64,000 bases of DNA from positions 136,710,001 through 136,774,000 of the forward strand of contig OX597815.1 in the NCBI GenBank assembly GCA_951406725.2, in the 5' to 3' direction. Source of the DNA: Octopus vulgaris (lineage: Eukaryota). Position numbers and translations under genes: made by a program. Below are positions 44,421-57,408 of this stretch, piece after piece. Numbering within the stretch: the first letter of the stretch is position 1; each line of letters starts with the position of its first letter. The notes under the pieces are model-generated. The model was not told the origin of the DNA, ran no database searches, and was given only the letters and a program-made list of their open reading frames with translations.

Positions 44421-44949
44421 ATGTATGTATATGTGTGTGTATGTATGTATGTATGTATCTTTTCCCAACCGGGCGTTGTGAGTGTTTATTTAGCGAAAAC
44501 ACCTAAAAGTTCGAGGCTCCGGCAGGATGGTGGTGATCCCTGCTTACTCTTTCACCACAACTTTCTCTCACTCTTACTTCCTGTTTCTGTTGTACCTGTA
44601 TTTCAAAGGGCGCCTTGTCACTCTCTGTGTCACGCTGAATATTCCCGAGAACTACGTTAAGGGTACACGTGTCTATGGGTCTCAGCCATTTACACGTTAA
44701 TTTCACGAGCAGGCTGTTCGTTGATTCGGATCCGAACCCTGTCGTCGTAACCGACGGAGTGCTTCCAAAAGAGTATGATCTTTACATTTCATGAAAACAA
44801 ATAAGTTAGCATACAAACCTGCTGGTGTTCCTTATTCCTTTGTCTTTCTGCTTTGATTCCCTACTCCTAAATGTCTTTCTGGTGGCATTTCTTTAGATTT
44901 CTGTGTTTTTGTTGTCTTGAAGACCCCAAAATGAATAATATTATCAATA

Positions 44950-45445
44950 CACATATAGTCCTTAAATGCAAAAGACAACATAAATCATTGAGAAAACGCG
45001 TAACAAATGCCAAACTTCATACAGCACATCCACCCCCATTAGTTAAAAAATGTGCACGCCCTAATTGTGGTATCTGCCCCTTCCTACTTGAAAGCTCTGA
45101 ATTTACTTTGAAACAAGGAACAAAGTTTAAAATCAAGACCAACTTCTCTTGTTCCTCCGAGAACCTCATTTACGTTCTTATATGTGCCGATTGCCAACAG
45201 AATTATATCGGACAAACGAGACTTCTTTTACGCAGAAGAGTAGAAATCAATAAAGAACAGATAAATCTCCCATAACACTGTCAATATTGCACTCAGTAGC
45301 CACATAGATTCTTGCGCTAGAAATAAAAATCCCAAAATTTCATGTATTCCCTTTCTATCAATGTAAAGGCAGAATCTCTACACAAGAAAGAATCAACAAG
45401 GAGAATCTTTGTATTGAAAGATTCCAGACGCTCCTTAATATGCAA
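44950..45445 (+). mobile_element. Penelope-like (Neptune-type) GIY-YIG fragment
   Basis: KKCARPNCGICPFL...FSCSSENLIYVLICADCQQNYIGQT: Cys-rich linker plus GIY-YIG. Confidence 0.85.
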
Positions 45446-46017
45446 ACTCCACGGTGACCGTATTCTTTTTTCTAGCATCCTGTCTGACAAAAAATAGATA
45501 AAAACATCCTGTTTGACAAAAAATCCAGCATTCCAATTAAATAGTATAAAATCCACAGAATTGTCTCCCCTTACTCACAGGGAACTGGATAACTCCTACC
45601 CCATTTCCTGTTTTGACATATAAACATCTAACCTTTTCAAACAAAACACTACACATGCATCCTAATCCTCTAAAGAAGTTTTTCCATGGACTAATATTGA
45701 ACTCTAAAGGCATAAAGACACTAAAATTTATTGGTATACTTATTTCTTAATTTTTGTAAATATTTATTATTTTTTTGAAAAAGCATTGTAAATTTTTTTT
45801 TTCCCTTTCCTCAATTTCAAAAAAAAATTTTCTTTTCCAAATCTTGAAAATTGGCCTTGCCCGGTTTGATTTATTTTCTTAACTTTTAATACACCCATTT
45901 TTATTAAAAATTACTTTCACTTTAGAATTCTGCGTTATTAATTTTTCCTCTCCTATCATTTCTCCACGTGTGGTTAACACAACCCCACCATTTACTGACT
46001 TATATATATATATAAGT

Positions 46018-46602
46018 AATATTAGTAGCCACATTAACATGGCTGTCCGTTCGAGCGGACTCTACTGCGATCTCTTCAACCCTAAGAGGACATATCCTCT
46101 AGCTGGTTAACGCTGCAGAGCTGCATCCGATAAAATTGCGTGCGGGGAAGCGAACCCCTACCATTTCCGATCGACGTGACCAGTAGACAAGTTCTGAGTT
46201 GGGGCTATTTTTGCCGCTCCTCAGTACTGGACACCTCGTCTGCTAGAGATCATAGCAGCTCGCTTCTGCACGCAATATATAGATTTCAAGCGAACAAAGC
46301 AGTCGCTGATTTTGCAACAAGCAAAATTGCTAGTTCTATAATATCTCTAACAGATCAACGCAGTGGAAGTAATGACAAGTAATATTCGTCGCCACTTTAA
46401 CATGGCTGTCTGTTCGAACAATTTTATCAGATGCAGCTGTGCATCATTAACCAGCTAGAGGAGATGTTCTCTTGGGGTTAAAAAAATCGCTGTAGAGTCC
46501 GCTCGAATAGACAGCCATGTTAAAGTGGCGACCAATATTAATTGGCAGTACAACTACTGCATTGATCTCTTAGAGAGATTTTAAAACTAGCATTTTTCCT
46601 TG

Positions 46603-46605
<3 letters not shown>
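46018..46605. mobile_element. Nested double fold-back element between (TA)n tracts
   Basis: 46018-46138 is inverted relative to 46419-46540; 46318-46417 is inverted relative to 46503-46602. Confidence 0.75.
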
Positions 46606-46637
<32 letters not shown>

Positions 46638-46881
46638 CCGGGCTGTGTATTTATAATTTTTGCACACACAAACCGAAATAGATATCTATAAATGTATACA
46701 TCACGGCAAGAAACTAAAACGAGATGAGCAATATCAATCTACCTCCATCTGCAAGGTAGCAAATGCCAACCACTTGAGAATCGCAATTGAAAAGGTGAGG
46801 ATACTGATTAGTAACCCTACAAGACACAGCCTTTATCTTGAAAATCATAAAAGAATAAAAGACTATACATACATACAAAGA

Positions 46882-46915
<34 letters not shown>

Positions 46916-48673
46916 CATACATACATACATACATACAATCACAGATATATTTGCTTTCAAACTTTTGTGTTAATATGTCGCAGAATAACCTATTTTGTAT
47001 TATACCGTGTTGATATTGTTGAAAATATTCTATGATCTCAAGATCGGTTACATTATTATCTTGACTTCTTTATAAGAAATCAATATCTTTATAATAAGAA
47101 ATCAATAACTAATGTCTGCAAAAGAAATCATCCAAAATTGCTTGTAATATTATAATCTGAAGTTGATATCCTGCTTTGCGTTTATTTGCCGAGTTGTTCA
47201 TGTTTTGCGCGATGTGTTCCTTCTATTAAAATATGTTAGAATGCTTCAATGCTCTGTAATTTTTCAGAAAATGCAAAATACATGAGACTAAGGACAATTA
47301 TATCTAATCTAAATTAGGAGCAAGCTGTTGTCGCGATATTTCCTTCGTAAAACCACGATATAATCAATGATTAATAACGGTATTATGCCCATTTGTAAGA
47401 TGGGGAAAGTTCAAAGATTTAAGCAACAAAAATATTTAGAATAATTTTGACTTCCGTAGACTACCGTACGACTATTCTGCTGTGTGAGAGAAATGGATAA
47501 ACTTCATCTAATATATGCACACACAAACACACACACGCACGCGCATGTTTGTATGCGTGTATGTATGTATGTATGTATGTTTTTTCATTGAATTCCAGTT
47601 AAGACAGTTCAAGCCGGTCTATAAAATAGTGACAATAATTTTTAAGGTAAGGGAGTTCCCGGTGTTTTTTGATATGCGGTTGTGTTGGTATGTTTGTTGA
47701 GCTGTCGATGCATCGAAGTCTGTGCACCTATTCATTCAAAAATCGCAAATGTAAATCCTTTTGATAAGTATTCACTGTGTCGCTAATAGATTGGATCTGG
47801 AATCTCCACATCAGTTTGCTTTGCTCCTTCTTCGAAAAACCTGGTATTTCTAGTTTTATTGTGATTGTTTTTGTCTTTTTTGTAAATTTGTTGGTATTTA
47901 TTCTAATGCACCATGTGAGGATAGGTACAAATAAGAAATTACAATCATGGTTTAAGTGTTGTAACTTCTGTATTAATTAACCACAAATATTCGTTTGATA
48001 GTACATTGACATCCGCTGAACAGCTGACCTCTATAGCAGTACAAGACAAATGTTCCCTGTCCTACAGAATAACAGTTTATATGTTTTGTTAGCACCGAAC
48101 TGTTGTTTCTATTGGAGCGTTCTGCCAATAATCCATGCCTTTAAACGTCGGGAATTTAGTACCTAACACAAGACTATCGTACACCTGAAGACGTAGCTTA
48201 AATTCGGTATTATTTTTAACGATTTTTTTGCAATTTGCATCAATGCAGACAAGCTAGTAATTTATTTATTATTAAATATAATACAAATTATTTACAGGAT
48301 TTTGAAGTTATGAAACAATTTGTCGTATTAGAATTTTCTTAAAGTTAGACAAAATTTCATAAAACCATTTCTCTGTTATTTATGACTTCTAATATAATAA
48401 ATGCGAAAACAAATTTCTGTGTGTCAGTGTGTCACACTTTGTCCCCCCACACACACACCTCACACTATTCAATGACACTTCATCGTACTGGGGTGGGAGT
48501 AATAGCAGGTATAGAAACGGTGAGGGTGGTAGCAAAGACAGAGAGAGAAAGATTAGGTATTTGACAGATAGCAGAAAATCATGTACAACTTTCTGGAACA
48601 GAAATTCCTCTGGTCAGCATCCTGAACAAACTACTGGTCACTATAATTTTTATTGTATATTTTGTTTCCTTAA

Positions 48674-48744
<71 letters not shown>

Positions 48745-49084
48745 CTCTCGCATAGTATTAATAGAAGAGCTGCCCATAGTTTCATGAGCCGAATTTGGAG
48801 AGTGGTGTGTCCTCCCGTTCCACGAATGAATTTTGTTCGTGTGTAAGTAACATTACCAAAAAGTATATATATATAATACAAAATGGGTCAAGAATGCAAA
48901 ACATTCGGACAGCTAGGTGATACAAAAAGTGACAACAAAACATCCAAATTGACGATACAAAACAAAGACGGGTAATTCGAAGCCCTCTATCCTCAATCAA
49001 CCAACAGATTATCGTCGCAATATCGGCTGATTATTCTTGAGATTGCTCCAATCTGGCCAACCCCAAGGAAAATGTTAAGCTTAA

Positions 49085-49132
<48 letters not shown>

Positions 49133-49140
<8 letters not shown>

Positions 49141-49652
49141 TTAAAATGAGGGGGAAAATGGGATATTACTTTGATAACATCAATTTAACACCAGTGGTCT
49201 AGCATATTAAAAACCTGAGGTTCAGTAAATAGTATTACATATATATAAGGGGGAATTACCACTATGTGGAAACCCTAATGCTAGAAGTAGATCCGCTATG
49301 GTCATTACCACTAAGAATTGTTCTCTAGAAAATTTAGCAAACACCAGAAACGTAAGCGAACAAGGCAAATGAAAAGCAACAAAAATATAGATTAATCATA
49401 AACAATGTTTCACTATTAACAAATTACGTAATGTTACTTACGCAGTATTACTCACTTTCGTAAATAAAATTACGTAATAGTGAAACATTGTTTATGATTA
49501 ATCTATATTTTTGTTGCTTTTCATTTGCCTCTTCTATTGCTGAAGAGCATATTTATGAAGTCATACACAATACCTTGTCTGATACGTTCTGAAATAATTT
49601 AATTTTAAAATGATAAAATCGATACGAATTTAATCCATAATCTGAGCATATA

Positions 49653-49660
<8 letters not shown>
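49133..49660. mobile_element. PLE-like fold-back between (TA)n tracts
   Basis: 49363-49418 is inverted relative to 49476-49530 (contains GAAACATTGTT). Possible further HHR: CTGAAGA 49540 ... GAAA 49591. Confidence 0.6.
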
Positions 49661-49714
<54 letters not shown>

Positions 49715-50184
49715 CGCTCGCATAGTATTGATAGAAGAGCTGCCCATAGTTTCATGCGCCGAATTTGGAGAGGGTGGTGTGTCCTCCCGTTCGATGAATG
49801 AATATTGTTCGTGTGTAAGTAACATTCCCAAAAAGTATATCGTATAATGCTAACTAATCACACACTGGTGTAGCAAATAGCCGACAGGCTTATTTTTTAA
49901 AAAAAGGTTAGCGACGGAAATAGTATTAATAGCTTATAGAAATCTGTATACCTACTAAACGTTTTCAGAGCGCCGTATAATGTAGTATTATTTTTTTTTT
50001 TAGGGATCCTTTTAGATAGACATTAAGAGCTAAAATCATACCAGACACGTCTTGCTTGCTTCGATGTATGTCTGAACTTTTACCACTGTATATTTATCTG
50101 AAACAGCCTCTAAGTATTCAGCGCCCTGATAATATAACTACGCTTACTACATTAAATTGATTCGGTCCCTTATCTATATATATA

Positions 50185-50785
50185 CACACATAATTAAGGG
50201 ATTAGTAAAAATTTCCTTCACCACATACCGAAATTTAGAAATAGCAGTCAAAACTACTAATTCTTCTACTACAATATATCTCTACACACAGCAATACTCG
50301 TAATACACATAGACAAAAAAGAAGAAAAAATAACGTAACTAACCAGCCTTTATTTAATCATGTACGCGTTTCAAGGATTAGAATTATGTAAAAATTCATG
50401 ATATTCAAGATTATAAATTTATAATCTTTAATATCCTGCTGACGAAGAAAACGAATTTTTACAAAATTCTAATCCTTGAAACGCGTACATGATTAACAAA
50501 AGGCTGCTTAGTTTCGATATTCTTCCCGTCTTTTTTCCGTATGTAAGTTACGAGTATTGCTGTCTGTAGAGATATATTGTAGTAGAAGAATTAGTAGTTT
50601 TGGCTGCTATTTCTAAATTTCAGTATGTGGTGAAGCAACTTTTGCTAATCTCCTAATTATGTTTATAATTAAAAAAAAAAAACTTTCTGTATGTTTTTAT
50701 CGATAATGTTTTATTTCCATACCAAACTACTCGGTAAAATTTATTAATTATTAAATTAGTAATTCTTTACTCTATATCTATAATA
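50185..50785. mobile_element. Fold-back element (~210-bp arms) with HHR at the apex
   Basis: 50190-50397 is inverted relative to 50453-50662; the right arm extends to (TA)n. Confidence 0.85.
50433..50493 (+). ncRNA. Type-I hammerhead motif
   Basis: atcctg-CTGACGA-(imperfect stem II)-GAAA-CGCG-TA-catgat; palindromic ACGCGT stem III. Confidence 0.7.
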
Positions 50786-50793
50786 TATATACA

Positions 50794-50932
<139 letters not shown>

Positions 50933-50983
50933 CATACATACATACATACATATATACATATACATATATTATATATATATACA

Positions 50984-52219
50984 CGAGGGGTGTATGTAAA
51001 GTCTTGAGCCTCAAAGAAACAAAACATGGTAAAAGACTTCAACATAATCTCCCTCGATGGCTGAACACTTTCTCCAGCGGTGTTGAAGCGCCATTATCCC
51101 GGCCTAGAAGAACTCTTTTGTTTGATACTCCAAGAAACTTCCTACATCGTCTATGACGTCATTGTCACTGGCAAAATGGCAACCAGCCAGGGCTTTTTTC
51201 ATTTTTAGAAGTAGATGAAAGTCAGACGGGGCTTTGTCTGGCGAATATGGCGGATGGTGAACAAGTTCGTATCCACAATCATGAGTTATTGCCATGGCAA
51301 CCACTGAGGTGTGGGCTGGAGCATTGTTGTGATGAAAAAGGACTCCTCTGGTGAGCATTCCCGGCCTTTTTTCTTTGATTAATTCTCGGAGGCGTTTCAG
51401 TACCTGAGAATAATACAGCCCTGTCATGGTGTAACCTTTTTCAAGGTAATCGATCAGCAAGACACCTTGAGAATCCCCCAAAACGGATGCCATGACCTTG
51501 CCAGCTGAAGGAATGACCCTGGCCTTCTTTGGGGTAGGAGAAGATGTGTGCTTCCACTGCTTTGATTGTTCTTTGGTTTCAGGCTGGTAGTGATGAACCC
51601 AACTTTCGTCCATAGTAATGAAACGTGCAAGAAAATTCTCTTCATCGGCTTCAAACAGTTCCAGATTGCTCGTGGACAAAGTGCACCTGGTGCGTTTCTG
51701 TTCAGGAGTCAAAGGGCGAGGGACCCACCTTGCAGAAGCCTTTGAGTTCTTTTGTCACAATGTTGTCTGCTCTTTCAGTTGAGATGCCCAGTCTCTCGGC
51801 TATCTGACGACATGATATTCGGCGATCTTGCATTATCATACCAAGAGCAAGGTCAAGGTTGTCCTTGGTGGTTGCAGTTGGAGGTCTCCTTGACCTAGGA
51901 TCAAGTTCCACACTCTTCCTGCCACACTTGAATTCATTTATCCAGCTGTTGCATATGATGCAGCATTGTCTGTAAGGTTCTCATCATATCTTCATGGATT
52001 TCTGATGGAATAATTCCTTTCAAATGAAGGTACTTTATGACAGCACGATACTCACTTTTCTCCATTTTCCTTGTAAACGCGAAGCTTGTTTATTCAATAA
52101 TCTGCAATAAAAAAATTAAAATATCAACTCCAAAAAGACTGTACTTATCAGAAAAAATAGTTTCAGCTCTGTAGCAGCCCAGTTTCTAGGTTAGGCTCAA
52201 AACTTTCATACACTCCTCG
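50984..52219 (-). mobile_element. Near full-length mariner (DD34D) with frameshifted transposase
   Basis: TIRs cgaggggtgtatgtaaagtcttgagcct / aggctcaaaactttcatacactcctcg. ATG at 52065 (MEKSEYRAVIKYL). Motifs ITMDESWVHHY, HHNNAPAH (second D mutated) and YSPDKAPSDFHL. Confidence 0.92.
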
Positions 52220-53180
52220 AAAAATACAAACTGGGACAAGAACGTAAAACATTTAGAAGACGATACAAAAAACACGGACAGGACATTCGAAGCCTTCAAT
52301 ATTCAGTCAAGAACCGGATCATCCTAGCAATTTCGGCTGATTAATCTTCAGATCGATCCGATCCGACCAGCACCAAGGAAAAACTAAGGTACGAGTATTA
52401 GATTTCTTGGAAGAAGGATCGAATGTATACGAAACAGGGACAGAAAAACGGACGATGCTACACGAATATAAAATGCAAAAAGCAATAATGGTAAAAACAG
52501 GACAAAAACAGCGGGTGTCTTACGACTAATAAACAGCACAACAAGTTTAGCTGGCGTATTTGGAAATAATGCCTTTATCGGCAGACGAAGACAACGATGT
52601 CCTCACGGCAGTAGTCGGAGGCCAAAAGGCTGATTTTGACCAGCGGTCACGTGATGAAGAGACAGAAAAGAAAGGGGGCAAAGGAAACAAAGAGAGAGAG
52701 AGAGAGAAAGAGGGACGAAGGCAACAAAGGGGGGAGAGAAGAGAGAGAAAGAAGGAATTAAAGAGGGGAGAAGAAAGAGTGCGTGCCAAGGATTGGCTAG
52801 TGAGTGCAAAGTGAGTAAGACAGAGAATTGTGAGAGAGTGGGGAGGAAGAGTAGATCAAAGAATCAGAGGCAAGAAAAGAGAAAAGGAGGAGAAGTAGAG
52901 AGAGAGGGAGAGAGAAGAGGACAGTTTAAAGTAGAATGCAAAGTGTGAAAAGCAGAGAAATGTAGGAGAGAGAGAGACAGTGTGTAGAGTCGTACCAAAT
53001 TACAGGAATATGTACTTACATAAGGCCAACGAGGGTACGGACTTCGCTATATATAAATATGTAGAAAAATACAAACTGGGACATGCATGTTATGATTTAG
53101 AACAAATAAAAGTTTGCCATTTTAGTTCTCTTGTTGTAACTTTTAGTTATTAGTATATATATATATGTATGTACGTGTGT

Positions 53181-53216
<36 letters not shown>

Positions 53217-53235
53217 ATGCGTGTGTGTTTGTTTA

Positions 53236-53441
53236 TATAACTTAGATAACTTAGATTGGCTGGTAGGTAGTTTATCCAGTATTTCCTGGAGCAATTAGTT
53301 GGGGTACCGTTTGAAAGTTATGGGGTCTTTTCTACTTTAATTTCTTTCGGGATAACATTGAATATTGCAGGACCATTTGCAGTGAAGAAATTGTAGCGCA
53401 ATGTTCTTATGTGATGTGATCTCGACCTTTGTAGGGGACCC
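53236..53441 (-). mobile_element. CR1 3' fragment
   Basis: Minus strand RSHHIRTLRYNFFTANGPAIFNVI..., homologous to 55980-56130. Confidence 0.65.
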
Positions 53442-53459
53442 ATTGTAAACATAATATCG

Positions 53460-53810
53460 ATGAGCTGGCAGAATCATTACCGCCCCAGACAAAATGCTCA
53501 AAGACATTTTTTCTGATTGAACGTTCTGAGTTCAAATTCCGCCGAGGTCGACTTTGCCTTTAGGCGCAGGAGTGGCTGTGTGGTACGTAGCTTGTTTACC
53601 AACCACATGGATCCAGGTTCAGTCCCACTGCGTGGCACCTTGGGAAAGTGTCTTCTACTATAGTCTCGGGCCGACCAAAGCCTTGTGAGTGGATTTGGTA
53701 GACGGAAGCTGAAAGAAGCCCGTCGTATATATTAGCACTAAAGGTTACTGTCGAAATAGCTTACAAACACCGGAAGCGTGCTAACGTTTTTGCCAGCTCG
53801 GCGCCTTAGC
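53460..53810 (+). mobile_element. SINE cluster: family-2 head, family-1 head, inverted family-2 fragment
   Basis: gagctggcagaatc...gtcgactttgccttt | ggcgcaggagtggctgtgtgg...gaagcccgtcgtata | gtgctaacgtttttgccagctc. Confidence 0.8.
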
Positions 53811-54150
53811 ACTGATATAAGTTATTTTTCCTCCAAGAAAAGGAAGAAGAGGACTGTTATCGTTCTATCACATTTAATTTCATTGTGATATATATGTAAA
53901 TATTATACGTTTATTTATTTTTTATGTGTAAATTTTAAAATTGTCTTCATGCTCGTAATTCGATTTTCGTAAATTCTGCAAGAAATTAAAGGTTAATGGT
54001 TAAGAGGCTTCGAAAATTAAAGTTTTGCGAGTTCACTGTGATTCCTTGTATGTATTTTTGCATGTGTATATATATATAAATACATACAGAGAGAGAGAGA
54101 GAGTTAGAGATTGATAGATTAACTGATAGCTAGCTAGATAGATAGCTAGC

Positions 54151-54182
<32 letters not shown>

Positions 54183-54198
54183 GAGATAGAGAGTGAGC

Positions 54199-54256
<58 letters not shown>

Positions 54257-54814
54257 TTGTATATGTATGTATGTATGTTTATATATAGTGAGAATTTACA
54301 AAAAAAAAAAGACGAAGACTGGTGTGTAAACAATTAACAGATGTATTCGTTTAACGCTCCAGCAGTGAGAAAGTCTTTTACGTTTTGATCCTACGCTCTT
54401 CGATAGAAAGGAACACCGAAATAAACAGGCAGAGAAAATAAAAAATACGATATATATAGAGAGAGAGAGAAATGTGTGTGTAGGTGTATATACATTATAA
54501 TATTGACAGATATATTTCTGCATATATAGTGAATCATATATACATATACCTAAAAATATGCAAATATATTATAGGTATATGTTTTTAATGCAATACATAC
54601 ATATACGTATCATATTATGCATTAATTTTGTGCATAAGAATATGTAAATATATTTGATAATAATGGAGATCAGATACAGGATTCGGTAGAATGTAGCCAC
54701 CTCAAAATGTAGTACGCGAGGGATGACTGGATAATTAGTATTGAGCTGAGATTAATTAAAATGACCCTTAGTTTTCACTTATTTCTGAAAAATTTCTGTA
54801 CCAGTCCGTTGTCC

Positions 54815-56290
54815 GAGTTTTCAAAAAGGGAAACAAGTAACTTGCAAAGGACTATTGCCCGATCTCACTCACCTCTTGTATCATCAAAACATTTGAGGGG
54901 GTAGTGAGGTCACGAATAATCCACTTTCTTGAAAGCAACAGATTGCTTAACCCCAACCAACATGGGTTCCGTAATGAAAGGAACTGCCGAACGCAACTTC
55001 TGTATCACTTCGATGACATTTTGAGAGCTTTGGGAGAGTGCTCTAACACCGATGTCATCTACCTTGATTTCAGCAGGGCCTGTGACGGAGTTGCTCATAA
55101 GATTCTCTTGAAAAAACTTTCCAGCATTGGTGTCTCTGGAAAGTTCTTACAAGAGATCAAGTGTTTCCTGACTCAATCCGTTGTCGTCGAAGAAATATAA
55201 TCAAGCTCATGGGAAGTCAGTAGTGGTGTTCCACGAAACACTGTGTTGGGCCGACTTCTTTTCATTATCTAAATCAATAACAATTGCTAATATCCTCAAG
55301 AGCAGCAACATAAGAAACTTTGCAGATGATCATCAGTGGAGTGGGTGACTGGATATGATTTCAGTCAGACCTACTGGATCTCATCCAATGGACAGAAAAG
55401 AACTATATGCTGTTGAACGAGGACAAATTTGAGTTAATCAACTTCCGAAAAAATGATATCCTGAAACTCTCATTCTCCCTTCTTTCAGGTGAAACCCTCA
55501 TGGCATCTAACAATATCAGAGACTTGGGAATAATTGTGGACAACAATATAAGCTGGGCCGCTCATATAAACAGCAAATATGACATGGGCCGCAGAATGTG
55601 TTCCTTGATTCTCAGAACTTCCCAGTCGAGAGATATTCACACCATTATCCTTCTCTTCTCCACTTTTGCCCGACCAAACCTTCAATACTGTTGTCCACTA
55701 CGGTCTCCAAACACGGAATAAAGTATCATGAAAGTTGAAGAACTTCAAAGGTCAAGAACTTCAAAGGTCAATTTTAAAAAAGATGCATGGCCTGACAGGC
55801 CCTGACTATTGGGGTCGACTAGAAAAGCTCAAGTTTTATTCTCTCCAACGTCGCCATGGAAGCTATATCATCTGCATGAAGTGGAAAATATTATATCAGC
55901 ATGGCCCAAATGATGTTGGCATCACCTGTAGGATATACCCAAGATTTGGGCCCAGTGTAATCCGTGCACAACATAAATCACACTCGCATCTCATAGCAAC
56001 AATACGGCACAATTATTTCACCTCAATTAGCGCCGCTTTCTTTACATTACACTAAAACACATTAAAGCAGAAACAGACACCATAACGTTCAAGAAGTCTT
56101 TGGACAAATTCCCTCAAGAAATCCTGGATAAAACTCATACACCCGGATATATCTACGTAAGAAATAACTCACTACTCACGTGGACCATGTTGTCAAATTC
56201 TTGATTTGAATGACTTCGCCATGTGGTGCTATGAAGTTAGACTTGACCTGGGCCAATACTGGCCGAAAAAGTATCAAAGTATCCTAAGTA
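54815..56290 (+). mobile_element. CR1 LINE RT region to 3' end, pseudogenised
   Basis: YCPISLTS...NQHGFR...DVIYLDFSRACD...SGVPRNTVLG..FADD; tail aagtatcaaagtatc. Confidence 0.9.
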
Positions 56291-56353
56291 TGTATATATA
56301 CATAAACAGCACACATATATACACCCGCCCGCACACGCACGTGCACACACAGA

Positions 56354-56402
<49 letters not shown>

Positions 56403-57311
56403 TAGCATTATGACCCGGCGTTGCCGAATCATAATGCTAGTTTGGTATAATTTTGTTAAATTAAAAATTTGGGGTAATAAAACATACAATGACATAATAA
56501 AAAAGACGAATTAAAATTTTAGAGAAAAATACATAGAAGATACATATACAAATTTACAAAAATACATAAAATACCAATTAATATGAAAAATATCATATAT
56601 TTAAAATTGACACTACCCTCGTCAGGATGTTTTTTTACACACAACGCATAGTACACGGAAACAAATGCACAATTACATACCTGCTACATGCGAAAGACCA
56701 GACATTACGTACTCCCCAAAATTTTCATAGGTACTGAATGCTACTTTGTAATCATATAATTCCATCTAGCAGCTATAGTAAATGGTATGTGCAAAGCTCC
56801 ATCTGGACTAATTCACTTCTGCACTAAATTAAATTTTTCATCTTTTAATTTCTCCCATTCATGCAAAGCCACATATTCGAGTTCAAATCCTTGATACATT
56901 TTATACTAATTGCTATTTTTTTTTTAATTGTTATATTACGATTTAATTACCATACTTTAGTTTTATTTTAATTACTACTTACCATATTTACTATATTTAA
57001 TTCAATTGTTATTATTACCTCTAACTTTTATTGCAATTTTTATTTCTAACTTTCTTATGGAACGTCGAGTGGATCTTATGCGTACAATATATTTTTATAT
57101 GATGCTTATATATATAATATGTATATAGGTATATATGTCAAAATCAATCTAAGATCGTGGAAGTGTACGTGTAGTTTTATTTTTAAAATAAAATTTTGAT
57201 ACCTGCTTGATATTACTTAAAAAGAAATTGAAGATTCCTATTTTGTTATCAATAATACTACCGCGTAGTATATATAAATATATAAAGAAAGAAAGAAAGA
57301 AAGAAAGACAG

Positions 57312-57408
<97 letters not shown>

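Noticed and set aside
52320-52355. Minus-strand CTGAAGA...GAAA hammerhead candidate
   Set aside because: Stems II and III do not pair, and the homologous copy at ~49020-49055 lacks the core.
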